Source: Lytechinus pictus (Eukaryota). From it: 64,000 bases of DNA. Shown piece after piece: positions 39,807-53,070 of the stretch. The stretch's first letter is position 1. Every line of letters starts with the position of its first letter. A model generated the notes under the pieces. It saw nothing but the letters and a program-made list of their open reading frames with translations, was not told the origin of the DNA and searched no databases. The DNA is taken from assembly GCF_037042905.1 (NCBI RefSeq), contig NW_026974140.1, positions 684,001 through 748,000 of the forward strand, given 5' to 3'. Both the position numbers and the translations under genes were made by a program.

Positions 39807-40624
39807 CAGTGCGTCCCACAAAAAACGAAACCGAGATTTATCGATGATTTATCATAACTTAATCGCAAATACAATAGACAAATGACCTACCATTTTAAAG
39901 CTTAGAATCTCCTCTTTCATCTGAAATTACTTAGATTATTTCTCATTCACGCATAATGAGCAAAAACAATTTGAAAAGGGGATACCAAAAAGTAACTTGG
40001 CGGGCCGTATCTGGGTTTTAAAAAGAAAACCACCTTTTAAAAAAGTCCAATATCTGCTCTTAAATTTGATACCCCAATTACAGAAAATGGTCAAGAAATA
40101 ACAAAGTTCTGGTTATTTGAAATAAGGCTTGAATTTCATTAATTTCATAAAATGAAGAGGTGTTACAGGATAGCATTCAAACTCACTCGACACTCCGTTT
40201 TGTTGACGATCAGTCATGCATTAAGTCTTTTGTTACCGTGCGATAGCTTCTGTGGGAAACCTGTGAAAACACGTTTATTTAATGAAATTATGGAAATACA
40301 AGCATTGTTTCGAGGGATCATAACTTTTTTACTACTTGACCATTTTCTGTGATTTAGGTATCAGAGAAAAGAGAAGATATTGAACTTTTTAGTCATGTGA
40401 TTTACTTTTTGAAATTCAGATTCCCCCCGCCAAATGAGTTTTTGGCATCCTTTCTTCGATTTTTTTTTGCTCAATCATGCGTGAATGAGGAATAATCTAA
40501 ATAATACCAGATGAAAGACGAGATTCTAAGCTTTACATTGGTAGGTCATTTGTCTATTTTATTTATGATTAAGTTATGATAAATCATCGCTAAATCTCGG
40601 TTTCGTTTTTTCTGGGACGCACTG
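39807..40624. mobile_element. Tc1/mariner-like MITE with long TIRs
   Basis: TA|CAGTGCGTCCCA ... TGGGACGCACTG|TA; inverted arms of roughly 300 bp. Confidence 0.85.
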
Positions 40625-41169
40625 TACATCGTTCTTTACCAGAAGCCATGCCATCCTGAAAGATAATATTACAAATTATCATCCGTAAAACCATTCAGTA
40701 TTTAATAATCATTTAAGGACGTTCCACAGTTAAAATGAAGTCCATGTCATTTTCACCAAATTTTGCAGAGGGTTACTTTGGTATATATGCATTATGAAAA
40801 TTCAAAAAATAACATGGGTTCATGTGCTTATTTTTTTTCTACGGGTCTTCAAAGTCACCGTATTTGAATGATATGCAATCTTGCGCAATCAAGAGAATTA
40901 TGCCTCTCTTAGACCTCACGAATTTACCAAATGAGTTCAAATCATCTGTACTCAGTGAATACCGCATCAAACTTCATCAAATTCTCAAGATATATAACAA
41001 AGTGTATACCAAAGTAAGAGAAGGTCTTTTAATTGGTAAAACTATATCTATTTGGAGTAAACTGCGCCCTCATTTGGCAAGGATGGTGCAAAAACTCGGG
41101 AAAAAAATCTTCAAAGACGTGAATCTACTCAGAAATAAAAAAAGTATTTTGTAAGCTGCACTTTAGTCA

Positions 41170-42770
41170 AAATCAATGTAATTTTTATCAAACTCGGCTA
41201 GATTGTAGAGGAATGCATATCGGAGGTGTAGCGAAGTTAAAAATATGAGGTCTATGTGCTCGTTTTTTAACTGTTAGTGTCCAAAGTAAGGCGAGTTGGC
41301 ATGAGAATCGCCCAAAATGCGTCCAAAACGTGCAAAAGTCTAATAATGCCGTCTAAAATGCGAATGGTTCCGTAGTCTTGCCCCAAAACATTCAAAATCC
41401 ATGTCATTTTCATCATACTCTCCAGATATGTAGAATAATGTATTCCAAAGACATTAAAATCTTAAAAATATGGGGTCCATGTGCTCATTTTTAAACTATG
41501 AGTGTCTAAAGTGATGCGAGTTGGCTTGAAAATCGCCTAAAAACATGCAAAAGTCTCTTAATACCCTCTAAAATGCAAATGGTTCCATATTTCGCTCCCA
41601 AACATTCAAAATTCATGTCATTTTCATCATACTCTCGATATTTGTAGAGAAATATATTCTAAAAGCATTAAAATATTAAAAATATGGGGTTTTTAAACTA
41701 TCAGTGTCCAAAGTGCTGCAAGTTGGCTTGAATATATTGAAATCCACCTAAAATGCGCCAAAAACGTGCAAAAGTCTTATATCGTCTAAAGCAAATAGTT
41801 CCGTAGTTTTGCTCCCAAATATTAAAAATCCATGTCATTTTCATCATACTCTCTAGATTTTCAGAGGAATATATTCTGATGATGTTAAAATATTAAAAAC
41901 ATGGGGTCCATGTGCTAGTTTTTAAGCTATCAGTGTCTAAACTGTTGCGAGTTGGCTTGAAACAGCCCAAAATGCGCCGAAAACAAGTAATAGTCTGATA
42001 ATACCGTCCAAAATGTCTAAAATATGAATGGTTCCTTAGTCCTGCTCCCAAATATTAAAAATCCATGTCATTTTCATCATACTCTCTAGATTTTCAGAGG
42101 AATATATTCTGATGACGTTAAAATATTAAAAACATGGGGTCCATGTGCTCGTTTTTAAGTTATCAGTGTCTAAACTGTTGCGAGTTGGCTTGAAACAGCC
42201 AAAAATGCGCCGAAAACAACTAAAAGTCTGATAATACCGTCCCAAATGTCTAAAATATGAATGGTTCCGTAGTTCTGCTCCCAAACATTCAAAATCCATG
42301 TCATTTTTATCATACTCTATAGATTTGTAGAGAAATATATTCTGAAGAAGTTAGGACATTTAAACTATGGGGTTCATGTGCTCGTTCTTAAACTATCAGT
42401 GTCCAAAGTGTTGCGAGTTGGTTTGAAACAATATATAATGCGCCTAAAACGGGCAAAAGTCTAATACCACCCAAAATGTCCAAAATACGAATGGTTCCTT
42501 AGTCCTGCTCCCAAATATAAAAATCCATGTCATTTTCATCATACTCTCTAGATTTGTAGAGGAATATATTCTGAAGAAGTTAGGACATTTAAACTATGGT
42601 GTATATGTGCTCGTTTTCAAATTATCAGTGTCCAAAATATTGCGAGTTGGCTTGAAACAGCCCAAAATGCGCCGAAAACAAGCAAAAGTCTGTTAATACC
42701 GTCTAAAATGCGAATGGTTCCGTAATCTTGCTCCCAAACATTGAAATTCCATGTCATTTTCACCATACTG
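41170..42770 (+). repeat. 215-235 bp tandem repeat, about 7 diverged units
   Basis: CATGTCATTTTCATCATACTCTC recurs near 41400, 41614, 41830, 42064, 42297, 42526 and 42750. Confidence 0.85.
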
Positions 42771-43300
42771 AATATTACAAATATGCAAAAATTAACATGG
42801 GTCCATGTGCTTGATTTTTTGCTATGGAGCTTAAAAATTAACCCAAAATGGATGATGTTCTTAAGAATTGCGCATCCAAAATAATATGGCATTTTTAGAC
42901 CTCGCGAGATCGCAACATTGAGTTTAAAGCCCTATTACTCAGTCAAAATCCATAAAAATGTCATTAAATTTTGCAATGTGATTAATAAGTGTATCCGTAA
43001 GATGGATAATCTATCTATATTGCTGTCAATTGTTTGCTCATTTAAGTCTAACAACACTTTCACTTCTTAGAAATTACGGGAAAGATACTCAACCTCAAAC
43101 AATTCAAATTTTAATAACAAACTTGAGAAGTAAAAGAAATGCTGCATTTTATTCAAAACCCATGTCATTTTCCACAAACTTTGCAAAGTTGTAGAGGAAG
43201 GTATACCTAAGAGGTGCAAGCATTAATAAATATGGGTTCATGTGTTTGTTTTCAAACTATCAGCACTCTTATTAGAACAAATTTGCTTCTTAAGACACCT

Positions 43301-43485
43301 GGCGGGTGTTTCATAAAGCTGTTCGTAAGTTAAGAGCGACTTTAAGAACGACTGGTGATCCTTTCTTATGGTAAATGATATTCACCATTAATGTTCATTG
43401 GTGATTATTTAGCACGTATAAAGGGTTCACCAGTCGTTCTTAAAGTCGCTCTTAACTTACGAACAGCTTTATGAAACGGCCCCCC
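43301..43485. mobile_element. Palindromic MITE (Harbinger-like), nested
   Basis: Near-perfect arms GTTTCATAAAGCTGTTCGTAAGTTAAGAGCGACTTTAAGAACGACTGGTGA and its reverse complement. Confidence 0.8.
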
Positions 43486-43904
43486 GAAAACGCGCAAAAG
43501 CAGTATCTATGTGAGGAAAAATTCCGAACTACTTTTCCATTTATTGATACTCAGGGTCATATTCATCATACTTTGCAGCACTACAGAGAAATTATTTTGA
43601 AATTGTAGAGGAATAAAAAAAATGGTCCATGGAATAATTCCAGTTTATTAGCTTCATAAAATAACACATCAAATCTGCAGTTAGTTCAGATAAGGAGAAA
43701 AATCAGCTCACATTATATCTAATCACAAGTTCGTCCATTGTGACGTCGGCGTGCAGAGTGTAAAATATGCGCAGATCATGATGCGCACAAACATAACTGT
43801 GGAACGTCCTTAAATGATCATTGTTTCATGTTATCATCCGTTAAACCATTAAGTATTTAATAATATGCAATTTAGTGCTAAATCTTGTTAGATTACTTCG
43901 TTCA

Positions 43905-46716
43905 TTTATTTTATTTATTTATTTATTTATTTATTTCTGATATTTTGACAGGGTAGCCCATTCACCAATAAGTAGTGGTCTTCCATGGGGCCCTGAATAA
44001 CAATAAACATATTTACAAAATGCATAACGTATGTACAGAATGTTACAGCATTAAGATTCACATTAGGATTTGAATGTAAAACGAAACATTAACAAACTTT
44101 GCAGCAAACAAAACGCAGACGGGCACTCGTTTGACGTATAATAAAATATCAATAAATCAAATTAATTAAGAAGGACATCTTGAAAATACTGATAATATAC
44201 ACCAAATCATCAAGGTCATGCTAACACAAAATAAGCACAACAGTGGATGTTCCGCAAGTTATTTATAAATTACAAGTTCTTTTAAACATTCTCTTAAATG
44301 AAATGACAGAAGGAGCTGTTCTAATTGAATTATCAAGCTTATTCCATTCAAATATTGAAGATACGATTGGACTACACTTATAACAATCAGTGCGAAACTT
44401 GGGCACGCGTAAATATCCACTGTCTCTCTGTCTGGTATGATGTTCATGTACATCATTTGGATTGGTTAAGTTTACCTGAAGGTAAGAAGGTGCTAAATTA
44501 TGAACACATTTAAATATCATCAAAACGCGACTGAGCTCAAATCGTTTGTCTAGTGTCATCCATTTAAGACTTGTGAACAAATCAGCCGACGGTGTGTCGT
44601 ATGTCTTGTTCAATATAATTCTTGCAGCCCTCTTCTGAATTTTTTGCAGCTTAATTGTATGGGATTGAAATCTATTCGACCATACAGCAGAACAGTAATC
44701 AAAACTTGGCAACACTAAACTGTTATAAAGCAACTTTAAGGACTGCACAGGCAAAGAACTTTTCGCTCTCTTTATTATGCCAATGCTTTTCTGAGTAAGT
44801 TTACATACATTTTCAATTTGTTTTGACCATTTCAGTTCTTCATCTATCAAAACTCCTAAGCATTTGGTGAATTGAACTCTATTTATCAAATCACCGTTTA
44901 ACGAAATCGTGAAAGAATCTTTTTTCCTGAGATTAGCACGAGAACCTATTATCATGACACAATTTTTTTCAGTGTTGAGGACGAGCTGATTATCTTTAAT
45001 CCATGCCATGACCTTGTTTAATGCAACAGTTAATTTTTCTTCCAAAACTGTCGCATCATTCGCACTGACGGTAAGTGTCGTGTCGTCAGCGTACATATCT
45101 ATAATACCTTCATGAATACATTCAGGTAAACTATTAACATATATTGAAAATAAAAGGGGACCTAGAATTTACCCTTGTGGCACGCCTAATTTGACGATTG
45201 AAGGGTGCGATTTGGCTCCTTTGAATTGTGTCACTTGTTGTCGATCAAATAAATATGATTTGAACCAAGTGATAGTCCTCTTACTACAACCAATGCAAGT
45301 TAATTTCTTTAAAAGCAGCTCATGGTCCACGGTATCAAAGGCCTTCCGAAGATCTATGAACGCAACTCCAGAAATTAAATTGTTATCAATGTTTAACGAC
45401 CACTGATTTACAAGTTTTGCAAGGGCAGTAGTTGTTGAATGCATAGGCCGAAAACCAGATTGATTTGGGTGTAATAAATCATTCACGTCCAAGAATTCAC
45501 TTAGCTGTTGGTGAACAGCCCTTTCTAAAATTTTACTAACGATTGGTAATATAGAAATTGGGCGGTAATTATTCAACGAAGACATATCACCAGATTTAAA
45601 TATTGGTACTACCCGAGCCTTTTTCCATTCACGAGGAACAACTCCAGTAGTAAGGGATTTGTTAATAATATCACAAAGGGACTCTGCGATAATATTTTTT
45701 GTCATCTTTAAAAGTTTGCAGCTGACATGATCTTCCCCAGTTGATTTATCTATACTCAGATTATCAATCTGTTTCAAAACAAAATCTCTAGTAATCAACT
45801 CTAGCTCAAATTGAGAGTGAATTGAACCAACATTTGTATCATCTTCTACTTGAACTCTCTGTTGAGACGTATCCCTGTGCAGGTCCTTAGTAATATTAGT
45901 AGCATTTGAAATGAAAAATTCATTAAATGCTTCAGCAATATTTGCATTGCCCGACACATCTGTTCCATCTACGTTTATGGTGTTGGGAGAAATAGGTAAT
46001 GACTTGGGCACAAGTTCTCTCAAACATCTCCACATTTTCTTACTATTGTTTTGATTTTGTGAAATCTGGTTAGCATTATATTCTTTTTTACTTTTTCTCA
46101 TGAGATGAATAACTTTATTTTTCAGAAATTTGTATGTGTCCCAAATATCATTATTTTTGTTAACTTTAGCTGTTTTTAGAACCTTATCACGTTCCTTCAT
46201 TAGCTTGACGACCTCGTCAGATATCCAAGGACAAGCTTTTTTTCGTATCCGCTTTTTACAAAAGGGAATGTGCCTGTTGATTACATCATTGAAAAAAGTC
46301 AACCATACATCCCAAGCAACATCAACATCATCTATATCTTTTACGACCTGCCAAGGAATATTTCTCAATTCACTATAAAATGTTTTCTCATCAAGATTTT
46401 TAAATGATCGAAATTCTGCAAATTCGGAATCTTTATACATCTTAGCACTGAAATCGCGAATTGTATACACCAAATAATGATCACTTATACTAGTTTCAAA
46501 TATTCCCCATTCACTGTATAGTTCTTTGTCTGATACAAATATCAAATCAATTAAAGTGGCAGAGGTATTTGTAACTCTTGTAGCAGTATCAATTAGCTGA
46601 CTCAGCCCGTACATATTTGTATAAAACATTATTTTTTCCCCATTCACATCATTTTGTTGTGGCATACAATCGCAGTTGAAATCATAGATCACAATTACTT
46701 GCAGTTTAGTCCTCAT
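43905..46716 (-). mobile_element. 5'-truncated L2-group (Crack/Daphne/CR1-like) LINE
   Basis: Endonuclease C-terminal motifs plus RT; 3' UTR with a CAGGG...CCCTG stem and an (AAAT)n tail at about 43905-43937. Confidence 0.9.
44263..46716 (-). pseudogene. LINE ORF2 (APE endonuclease C-terminal half plus reverse transcriptase) with one in-frame stop
   Basis: DFNCD, TRVT..SATLIDLIF, SDH, NYRPISILP, QSGFR, DLRKAFDTVDH, GVPQG*ILGPLLF, YADD. The two track ORFs share a frame and are split by TAA at 45171-45169. Confidence 0.92.
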
Positions 46717-47089
46717 TTTTGTAAAATTTAGTTTTCCCTATTCATATTGTACATAATAGAGTATACAGTGGTCTATGGCGGCCATTTTGAATATCAAGAA
46801 ATTAATCATTTTGTCAAGAATCATTTTTTCAGAGAGTATTTTACTCCTGCCACACAATTTCATGCATTATAGCCATTGTGCGGGCAATCTTATGATTTTC
46901 ATGGGTCATTTGCATATTTTGGCGGCCATATTGGATCTTGCCAATTTGCGAAAAAAAAATGCTCAAGGTTACACGAGTGGCATCCTTCAGATTCGTAATC
47001 AGCTCCCTCAAATTGACAAGAAACCATAAAAAAATATTGTATGTATGAAAAAACAAAGTTTTGTCAATTTTCTATGGGGCCTATCCTGG

Positions 47090-47925
47090 ACAAATACAAA
47101 CTCCTGCTCCGCCACCTTTGCGTGGAGTATGATGGACGTCATGTAGTTCTGAAAACATCCCAATTTATTAGCTATATATCTATCATTATTAAAGTTTCCT
47201 GATAGCCATGTCTCTGTGAGTGCAATGATGTTGATTTGGTTACTGATGACAAATTCGCATATTGCAGATGATTTAGAGTTAAAGGTCAAGTCCACCCCAG
47301 GAAAATGCTGACTTGAATAAATAGAGAAAAATTAAACTAGCATAGTGCTGAAAATTTCATCAAAATCGGATGTAAAATAAGAAAGTTATGACATTTCAAA
47401 GTTTCGCTTATTTTTAACAAAATAGTTATATGAACGAGCCAGTTACATCCAAATGAGAGAGTCGATGATGTCACTCACTCACTGTTTCTTTTGTTTTTTA
47501 TTGTTTGAATTATACAATATTTCATTTTTTATAGATTTGACAATAAAGACCAACTTGACTGAACCATATAGTATTAAACAATGCTAATTCCACATGTTCA
47601 GGGAGGAATCAATCGTTGTATCACTTGACAATTAGGAGAAAATGAGAATATTTCATATTTCAAATAATAAAATACAAAAGAAATAGTGAGTGGATGACAT
47701 CATCAGTCTCCTCATTTGCATACCAGCCAGGATGTTCATATAACTGTTTTGTTAAATTAAGCGAAACTTTAAAATGTCATAACTTTCTTATTTTACATCC
47801 GATTTTGATGAAATTTTCAGTGTTCTGCTTGTTGGATTTTTATCTTTTTATTCAAATCAACTTTTTGTTGGGGTGGACTTGTCCTTTAACAAACCTTACG
47901 TTTTAAAGGGCAAACAACAGCTTGA
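47090..47925 (-). pseudogene. Degraded LINE APE endonuclease N-terminus interrupted by a MITE
   Basis: After removing 47283-47889: FAL*NVRFVNSKSSAICEFVISNQINIIALTETWL, then in another frame HTPRKGGGAGVCI. Confidence 0.7.
47283..47885. mobile_element. Kolobok-like MITE
   Basis: TTAA|AGGTCAAGTCCACCCCA ... TGGGGTGGACTTGTCCT|TTAA; long inverted arms. Confidence 0.85.
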
Positions 47926-48659
47926 AGAATTATCGGAAGTGGCAATTACTTAATATTCAAGAGAAGGGGAATGATGTTTCAAAGAAGAGGATGCCAGTAG
48001 TTTAGTGTTAGACCTCAGAGATAATTACGTAACAGTTGATCAATTAATTGATTTTAATAAATACCAATGAAGTTACATGTGTAACTAGATTATTAGGTTA
48101 CCAATTAAGTTTAATTAGATTTCAGTAGTTTAATCAGATTAGCGTAGCGTAGGACGCGCTGTAATTAGATTAGAGTCGTTGTGGACGATGTAAGTGGAAT
48201 AGTGCGGGAAATGGGACGCGCTGTTATCAGATTAAAGTAATTCGATAATACCGCGGGGAAGCAGAAATGGGTCTAGGCGGCAAGTTCAAATCCTCTCAAT
48301 CTACGCACGCATTCCACATCAGCCACTGCGTGTCTCATTGCTTTCACTAGTACACGTTAATACTTCCATCAACACAATTTGACTAAGGATATATATAAAA
48401 TATAGCTTCATAAGGTATTGTGTTTGAAATAGAGAAGAACTAGTTTGAGAGATCGAGAGATTAAGAGAGAAACTAAAAGAGAAATGAAAATAAAATTTCA
48501 TGACGAGAGGCGCATATAAAATGACGTCCACCGATAAAGATCTGAAAGAGATGAGAGCTATATAGTGGTTGAGATAGATTCATGTAAAGGGAAAGGAGAA
48601 AGGGGAAGAAGATGATGAAAATTCAAGAGGGGTTCCAACATTTTGATGAGAATAGTAAT

Positions 48660-49878
48660 ATCACGTCTTTTTTTTTCTCCTATTCCTTGTTTCTTTTCTT
48701 TGACCACCCCCTTCCCTCTCTCTTTCTCCCTTTCTGTACCTTTCTCCCATCTATCTTATCCTTCTCTCTTTTCCCCTTCCTTTTTAATTTTCCTAACCTT
48801 ATCCCTCTCTTTTTTTCTCTTTTCCCGTCTTTCTTGTCTTTGTCCTCTCCTTCCCTTTTTTTCTATTTCTAACCTTCTTTCTTCCCTCCCATCTTTTTTC
48901 TCCATTTTTTTTATTTTCCCTCCCTTATCACTTCTCTTTTTCCTTCTTTCTTTGCTTTGCGCTCCACCTTCCCTTTATTTTCTCTACCTCACCTTTGCCT
49001 TTTCCTCCCTCTATTTTCTCTCTCTCATTTCTTCATCTTGTTTTCCCCCTTCCTTACCATCCGTTCTCTTTTTCACCTTTTCCTTGTTTTTTCTTTGTCC
49101 TCCCGTTCCCTCTTTCTCATCGGTTTTCCCCTCTCTAATGTATCCTTCTGTCCCTACCCTTTCGTTTCTTCTCTTCCTTCCCCTTCTCTCACTTTTTTTT
49201 ATATTTCTCTATCTCCTTCCTTCTCTTTTCCCTCCATCCCTTCTTTTTCGCCTTTTTTTCCAATTTCCCTTTCTTCTTCTCCTATCCCTTTTCTGCATCC
49301 TACGGATCCGTATCTGAACGATATCAGGGTAAAAAAAATAAAGGATGACCATGCAGGGAAATAATAGAGTAAATAATTCTAGGACGACCTAAAGACAGTG
49401 AGCGCCAACATCGACAAATGTCAACTCATTTACGATCAACGAAGTCAAGTAATGAAATAACGGACGACCACGGGTAAAATAATATTAATAGGAAAAGGGC
49501 CCTTCACGCTAATGTCAGTGTGTATTCGAACACGATGAGTGATTCGGTGAAAAAAAATGAAACCCAGTTATCACCCCAATTTTCTTCAATTTTTACAAAA
49601 CATTTTATCCGCGATAATTGTCGAGAAAAACGGCTTTGATAACCTATGCTTGATATGGGATTAAAATCGCATATAGTTTTGAACGAATGTGTCAATTGTT
49701 TGCTCTTGCTTCAAACCAAGAATGCACGGATGAATACCCTAGGGAAACAACCTAGGGCACATACACCCTAGGGTATCAACCGCAGGCATATGCCCTCATC
49801 CGCTCCCCCTCAAATGCCCGCTACGGGCTTCCGCGTTCACCCTAGGGCACGCCTTGACGATTCCCGCGGCCGGCACTG
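48660..49878 (-). mobile_element. Tc1/mariner-like element end, right member of the distant inverted pair
   Basis: ...TTCCCGCGGCCGGCACTG|TA; reverse complement of about 18503-19575, with a C/T-rich tract at 48665-49295. Confidence 0.7.
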
Positions 49879-49961
49879 TACCATCTCTCCATCGTTTATT
49901 TCATTCTTCGTGTGCATTTTTTACTACCCTTGTTAACCCGGAACTAAGAATATTCATCAAC

Positions 49962-50750
49962 ATGTCTTATAAAGGAGATAAATCTGTTAATAAATCCATG
50001 ATTGAGACCAGTGGAAGATTTAACGTCTTGAACGATGAGCTGGAAGGTGATGCTGCCGACTCTACTGGCCCAGCTAACCACGCCCCACCACTCCCTCTGG
50101 CCTTACTTCAGCTTACAGTCCATCTTAAAGTTGCAACGGACAATTTCGAGAAAATAATGGAAAAGGCTGTCAAGTCGATGCTGGATAGCAGCAGAGAGGT
50201 CCAGAAGACTTTGGAATTCGAGAGTCATAGAATAACTGAATTTGAAAGGAAAAACTTGGACCCGGAGAAGCACCTTGAGAGGCTAGAGAAGGCAAACCAA
50301 GAGCTAGAAAAGAGGGCTGCTAGCCAAGATGTTGAGGCGAACTTGGCTGAACGTGTAGCGGAGAAAGACAACTTTCCTGTTGTTGGATTGAATGAAGCAG
50401 AAAATGGTAAAGATGAGGATTGCATCAAGACTGTGGAAGATATTCTTTCATCAAAGTTCAGACTAAAAATTAAGGTAGAAAGTGCTCGACGTGTAGGAAG
50501 AAAATGAGCAAAACCCAGACATATAGTGGTAAAAACTTGTTCTCGTAAAGACAAAATTCAAGTTATGAAGGAGGCGCGAGTTGCCCCCCCCCCCAAAAAA
50601 AAAAGGCTTCTACTCTATAGATGATCTGACGAAGATTGATCTTGAGGAAAAGAAAAGAAAAACAAGAGTCAAGTTCAAGATCTGTACGCTAAGGGTACCA
50701 AGCTCCGTTTCTTTAATGGACATTGGAGAGGTAGTAGAGGAGCAAAATAT
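49962..50750 (+). pseudogene. Degraded L1/Tx1-type LINE ORF1 (coiled coil plus RRM-like domain)
   Basis: Coiled-coil segment, then DNFPVVGLNE..EDC..VESARRVGRK*AKPRHIVVK..DK, and after a frameshift IDDLTKIDLEEK; followed by a pyrimidine-rich spacer; no ORF2. Confidence 0.7.
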
Positions 50751-51177
50751 TTTTCACCATAATGCACATTTAACTTTTTGGACAAGGGGAACATTATTTG
50801 CTTTGAGTATTAGTCGCTGTGTGATGATAGGAGTAATGTGCCTCTGGGGATCTATACCATTCCTGAGGTTTTTGTTTCTGTTTAATCTCTTCCAGTTCCT
50901 CCCACACACTTTCTCTCTCCCTTTCTCTTTCTCTCTCTCTCACCCTACTCTATTTACTCGGTATCTTCCCTTTTTCTCTCTAATGCACTCCCTCTCCTTT
51001 TCTCTCTCTCTCTTTTCTTCTCCGAAACAGGTTTGGGTGTTGATGGTTATTATACAGTAAATAATCTCTGATGGAGGGGTCTTGCATGTCAACCTCTCTT
51101 TCTTTTGAATCTACATATTTCTCATCAATTGTGTGTGTGTGGGCATAGACCTACTATGGGGCGCCAAGTGTCCGCCA

Positions 51178-51792
51178 GTGAATTCCGTCCAAATCACGGC
51201 ATTCCGTACACAAAATGTGTTTTTATTCAGACGAAAATCATTTCGTCATGACGCTTTTTTATTTCGTACACAAAATTTATTTTTTGTCACACAAAATCAA
51301 TTTCGTCTCGACGAAATGCACGAAATCAATTTCGTCTAGACGAAATGTAATTGCGTCCACAAAGTTTATTTGGCGTGCCATACGAAATGAATTTTTATCA
51401 AACGAAATGGCGCACCAAATGTCCGATGGTAAATTCCGTCCAATTCACGCCATTCCGTACACAAAATGTGTTTTTGTTCATATGAAAATCATTTCGTCAT
51501 GACGCAGTTTTATTTCGTATACGAAATTATTTTTTGTCACACAAAATCAATTTTCGTCGAGACTAAATGTAATTGCGTCCACAAAATTTATTTCGTTGCG
51601 ATGCGAAAATCTATTCCGTCGACGAAATCATTTTGTGTCAAAACCACAAAAAAATTTCGTTGACGAAATGATTTTGTGTCAAAACACAAAAAAATTTCGT
51701 CGACGAAATGATTTTGTGTCAAAACCACAAAAAAATTTCGTCGACGAAATGATTTTGTGTTTTGAGTCTTTTTGACATAAAATCATTTCGTC
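51178..51792 (+). repeat. ACGAAAT/ATTTCGT-rich repeat (two about 250 bp units plus a 41-42 bp minisatellite)
   Basis: AATTCCGTCCAA at 51181 and 51432; repeated CGTCGACGAAATGATTTTGTGTCAAAACCACAAAAAAATTT. Confidence 0.75.
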
Positions 51793-51933
51793 TCCTCTGT
51801 CTCGAAGGGGACATAAGAAGGTCGCTGATTGGCTGCACCTTGCTCAAGCTGTTTTCGCTCCGGGACGATCACACTTTTTCACAGCTCAGATTGGCATGTT
51901 GGTGAACTTATTAGCTTAGATTTCACGTTATTC

Positions 51934-51994
51934 ATGCCTACATGAGCTGCATACAACTGCTCTAATCGGTAGGATGTGGACGGACATTGCATTC
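51934..51994 (+). pseudogene. THAP zinc-finger exon 1 remnant
   Basis: ATG CCT ACA TGA GCT GCA TAC AAC TGC TCT AAT CGG = MPT*AAYNCSNR (THAP MxxCxAxNCxNR with Cys replaced by a stop); GTAAGT donor at 51995. Confidence 0.65.
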
Positions 51995-53070
51995 GTAAGT
52001 TCAGCTATGTTTTCGACTTCAAAATTACGTTAAAAAAAAAATGGGAATTCGTTAGTCGTTACCAAACTTGCATTTGCAAAAAGCTGTGTAACAATACTAG
52101 TCCCGTGTATTTAAGTTTATGTACTGTAGTCAGCAGACCATTGGGGGGGGGGGTTGGTCTTTTCTGCACACCTAAAAAGTAAAATGGTTATGAATTGTAC
52201 AGGTTGAAGATATTTAGGCCTTGATCTTAATAAATAATGTAAAATTCATTCCGAGCAAAATGCTGAAAATTTCATTGAAATTGGATGACAACAAAAGTTA
52301 TTGATGCCTGGCCGTACATGCCGTATGAAACTCTAACGTTAGGCTACTCCACTCAGTGACTCACGCGTATTGCGAGGTTAGTATTAGTATACTAACCTCG
52401 CACCATTAACCACGTTTGGCAATGGATTTCTAACTAGTGGGTCACGCGTGCTGTGATCCCACTTCTGGTGTCCACAACACACAACTTCTATTGCTTGATT
52501 TTTCTGTGCGCGGCGGCATGTAATGAACCCTTGAGTGACTAGGCCTAAAAAACTCAGGCAATGGTTCGTATAGCCAGCCATTAATCAGTATAGGTGAAGC
52601 AGAGGTTAGCAGTAGTGAAGTGTAGTGGAGCTTACACGAACCATCGCCTGCTGTACTAGTATAGTTGTGGTAGCCCTGTCCCCACTCATTACTAGTTCGA
52701 GGTTAGTGGCTACATATAGTTGCTACAGTACATGTATAGATCTATAGTACTAACCTCATACACCGAACTGCATTTGGCCCTGGATTTCTGTGAAGTTGGC
52801 AAACATCGCTTCATTACAATACAGAATTAATATTTGCCGAAACTCCTCGCTACTCACCGGGGCGCTTTGCGGTGAGTAGCCATAATACAAAAAGTCAATA
52901 GTATATTTTTAATTAGGCCTAAATCAAAATCATATTTAAAAAAAAGCAAATTTGATTACTTTGGAGTTTGGACTAGAAAGTGACTTTGCGTGTCTCTTCT
53001 TTTTACGCAAATAAAAGGAAGCCTGATGGTGGCGCTAATAAATTTCACAGCCTTGATTCAGGCTCGCTTC

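Larger units (their letters stand above)
40717..43809. mobile_element. Kolobok-like element with internal satellite
   Basis: TIR GGACGTTCCACAGTTA / TAACTGTGGAACGTCC; TTAA TSD (40713-40716, 43810-43813). Confidence 0.8.

Noticed and set aside
40630..40660. Candidate upstream WSCD micro-exon (TTTCAG|GATGGCATGGCTTCTG|GTAAAG, minus strand)
   Set aside because: Only 16 nt, would shift the frame, and carries no sulfotransferase motif.
48612..49364. 224 aa membrane-protein-like ORF
   Set aside because: C/T-rich tract artefact.
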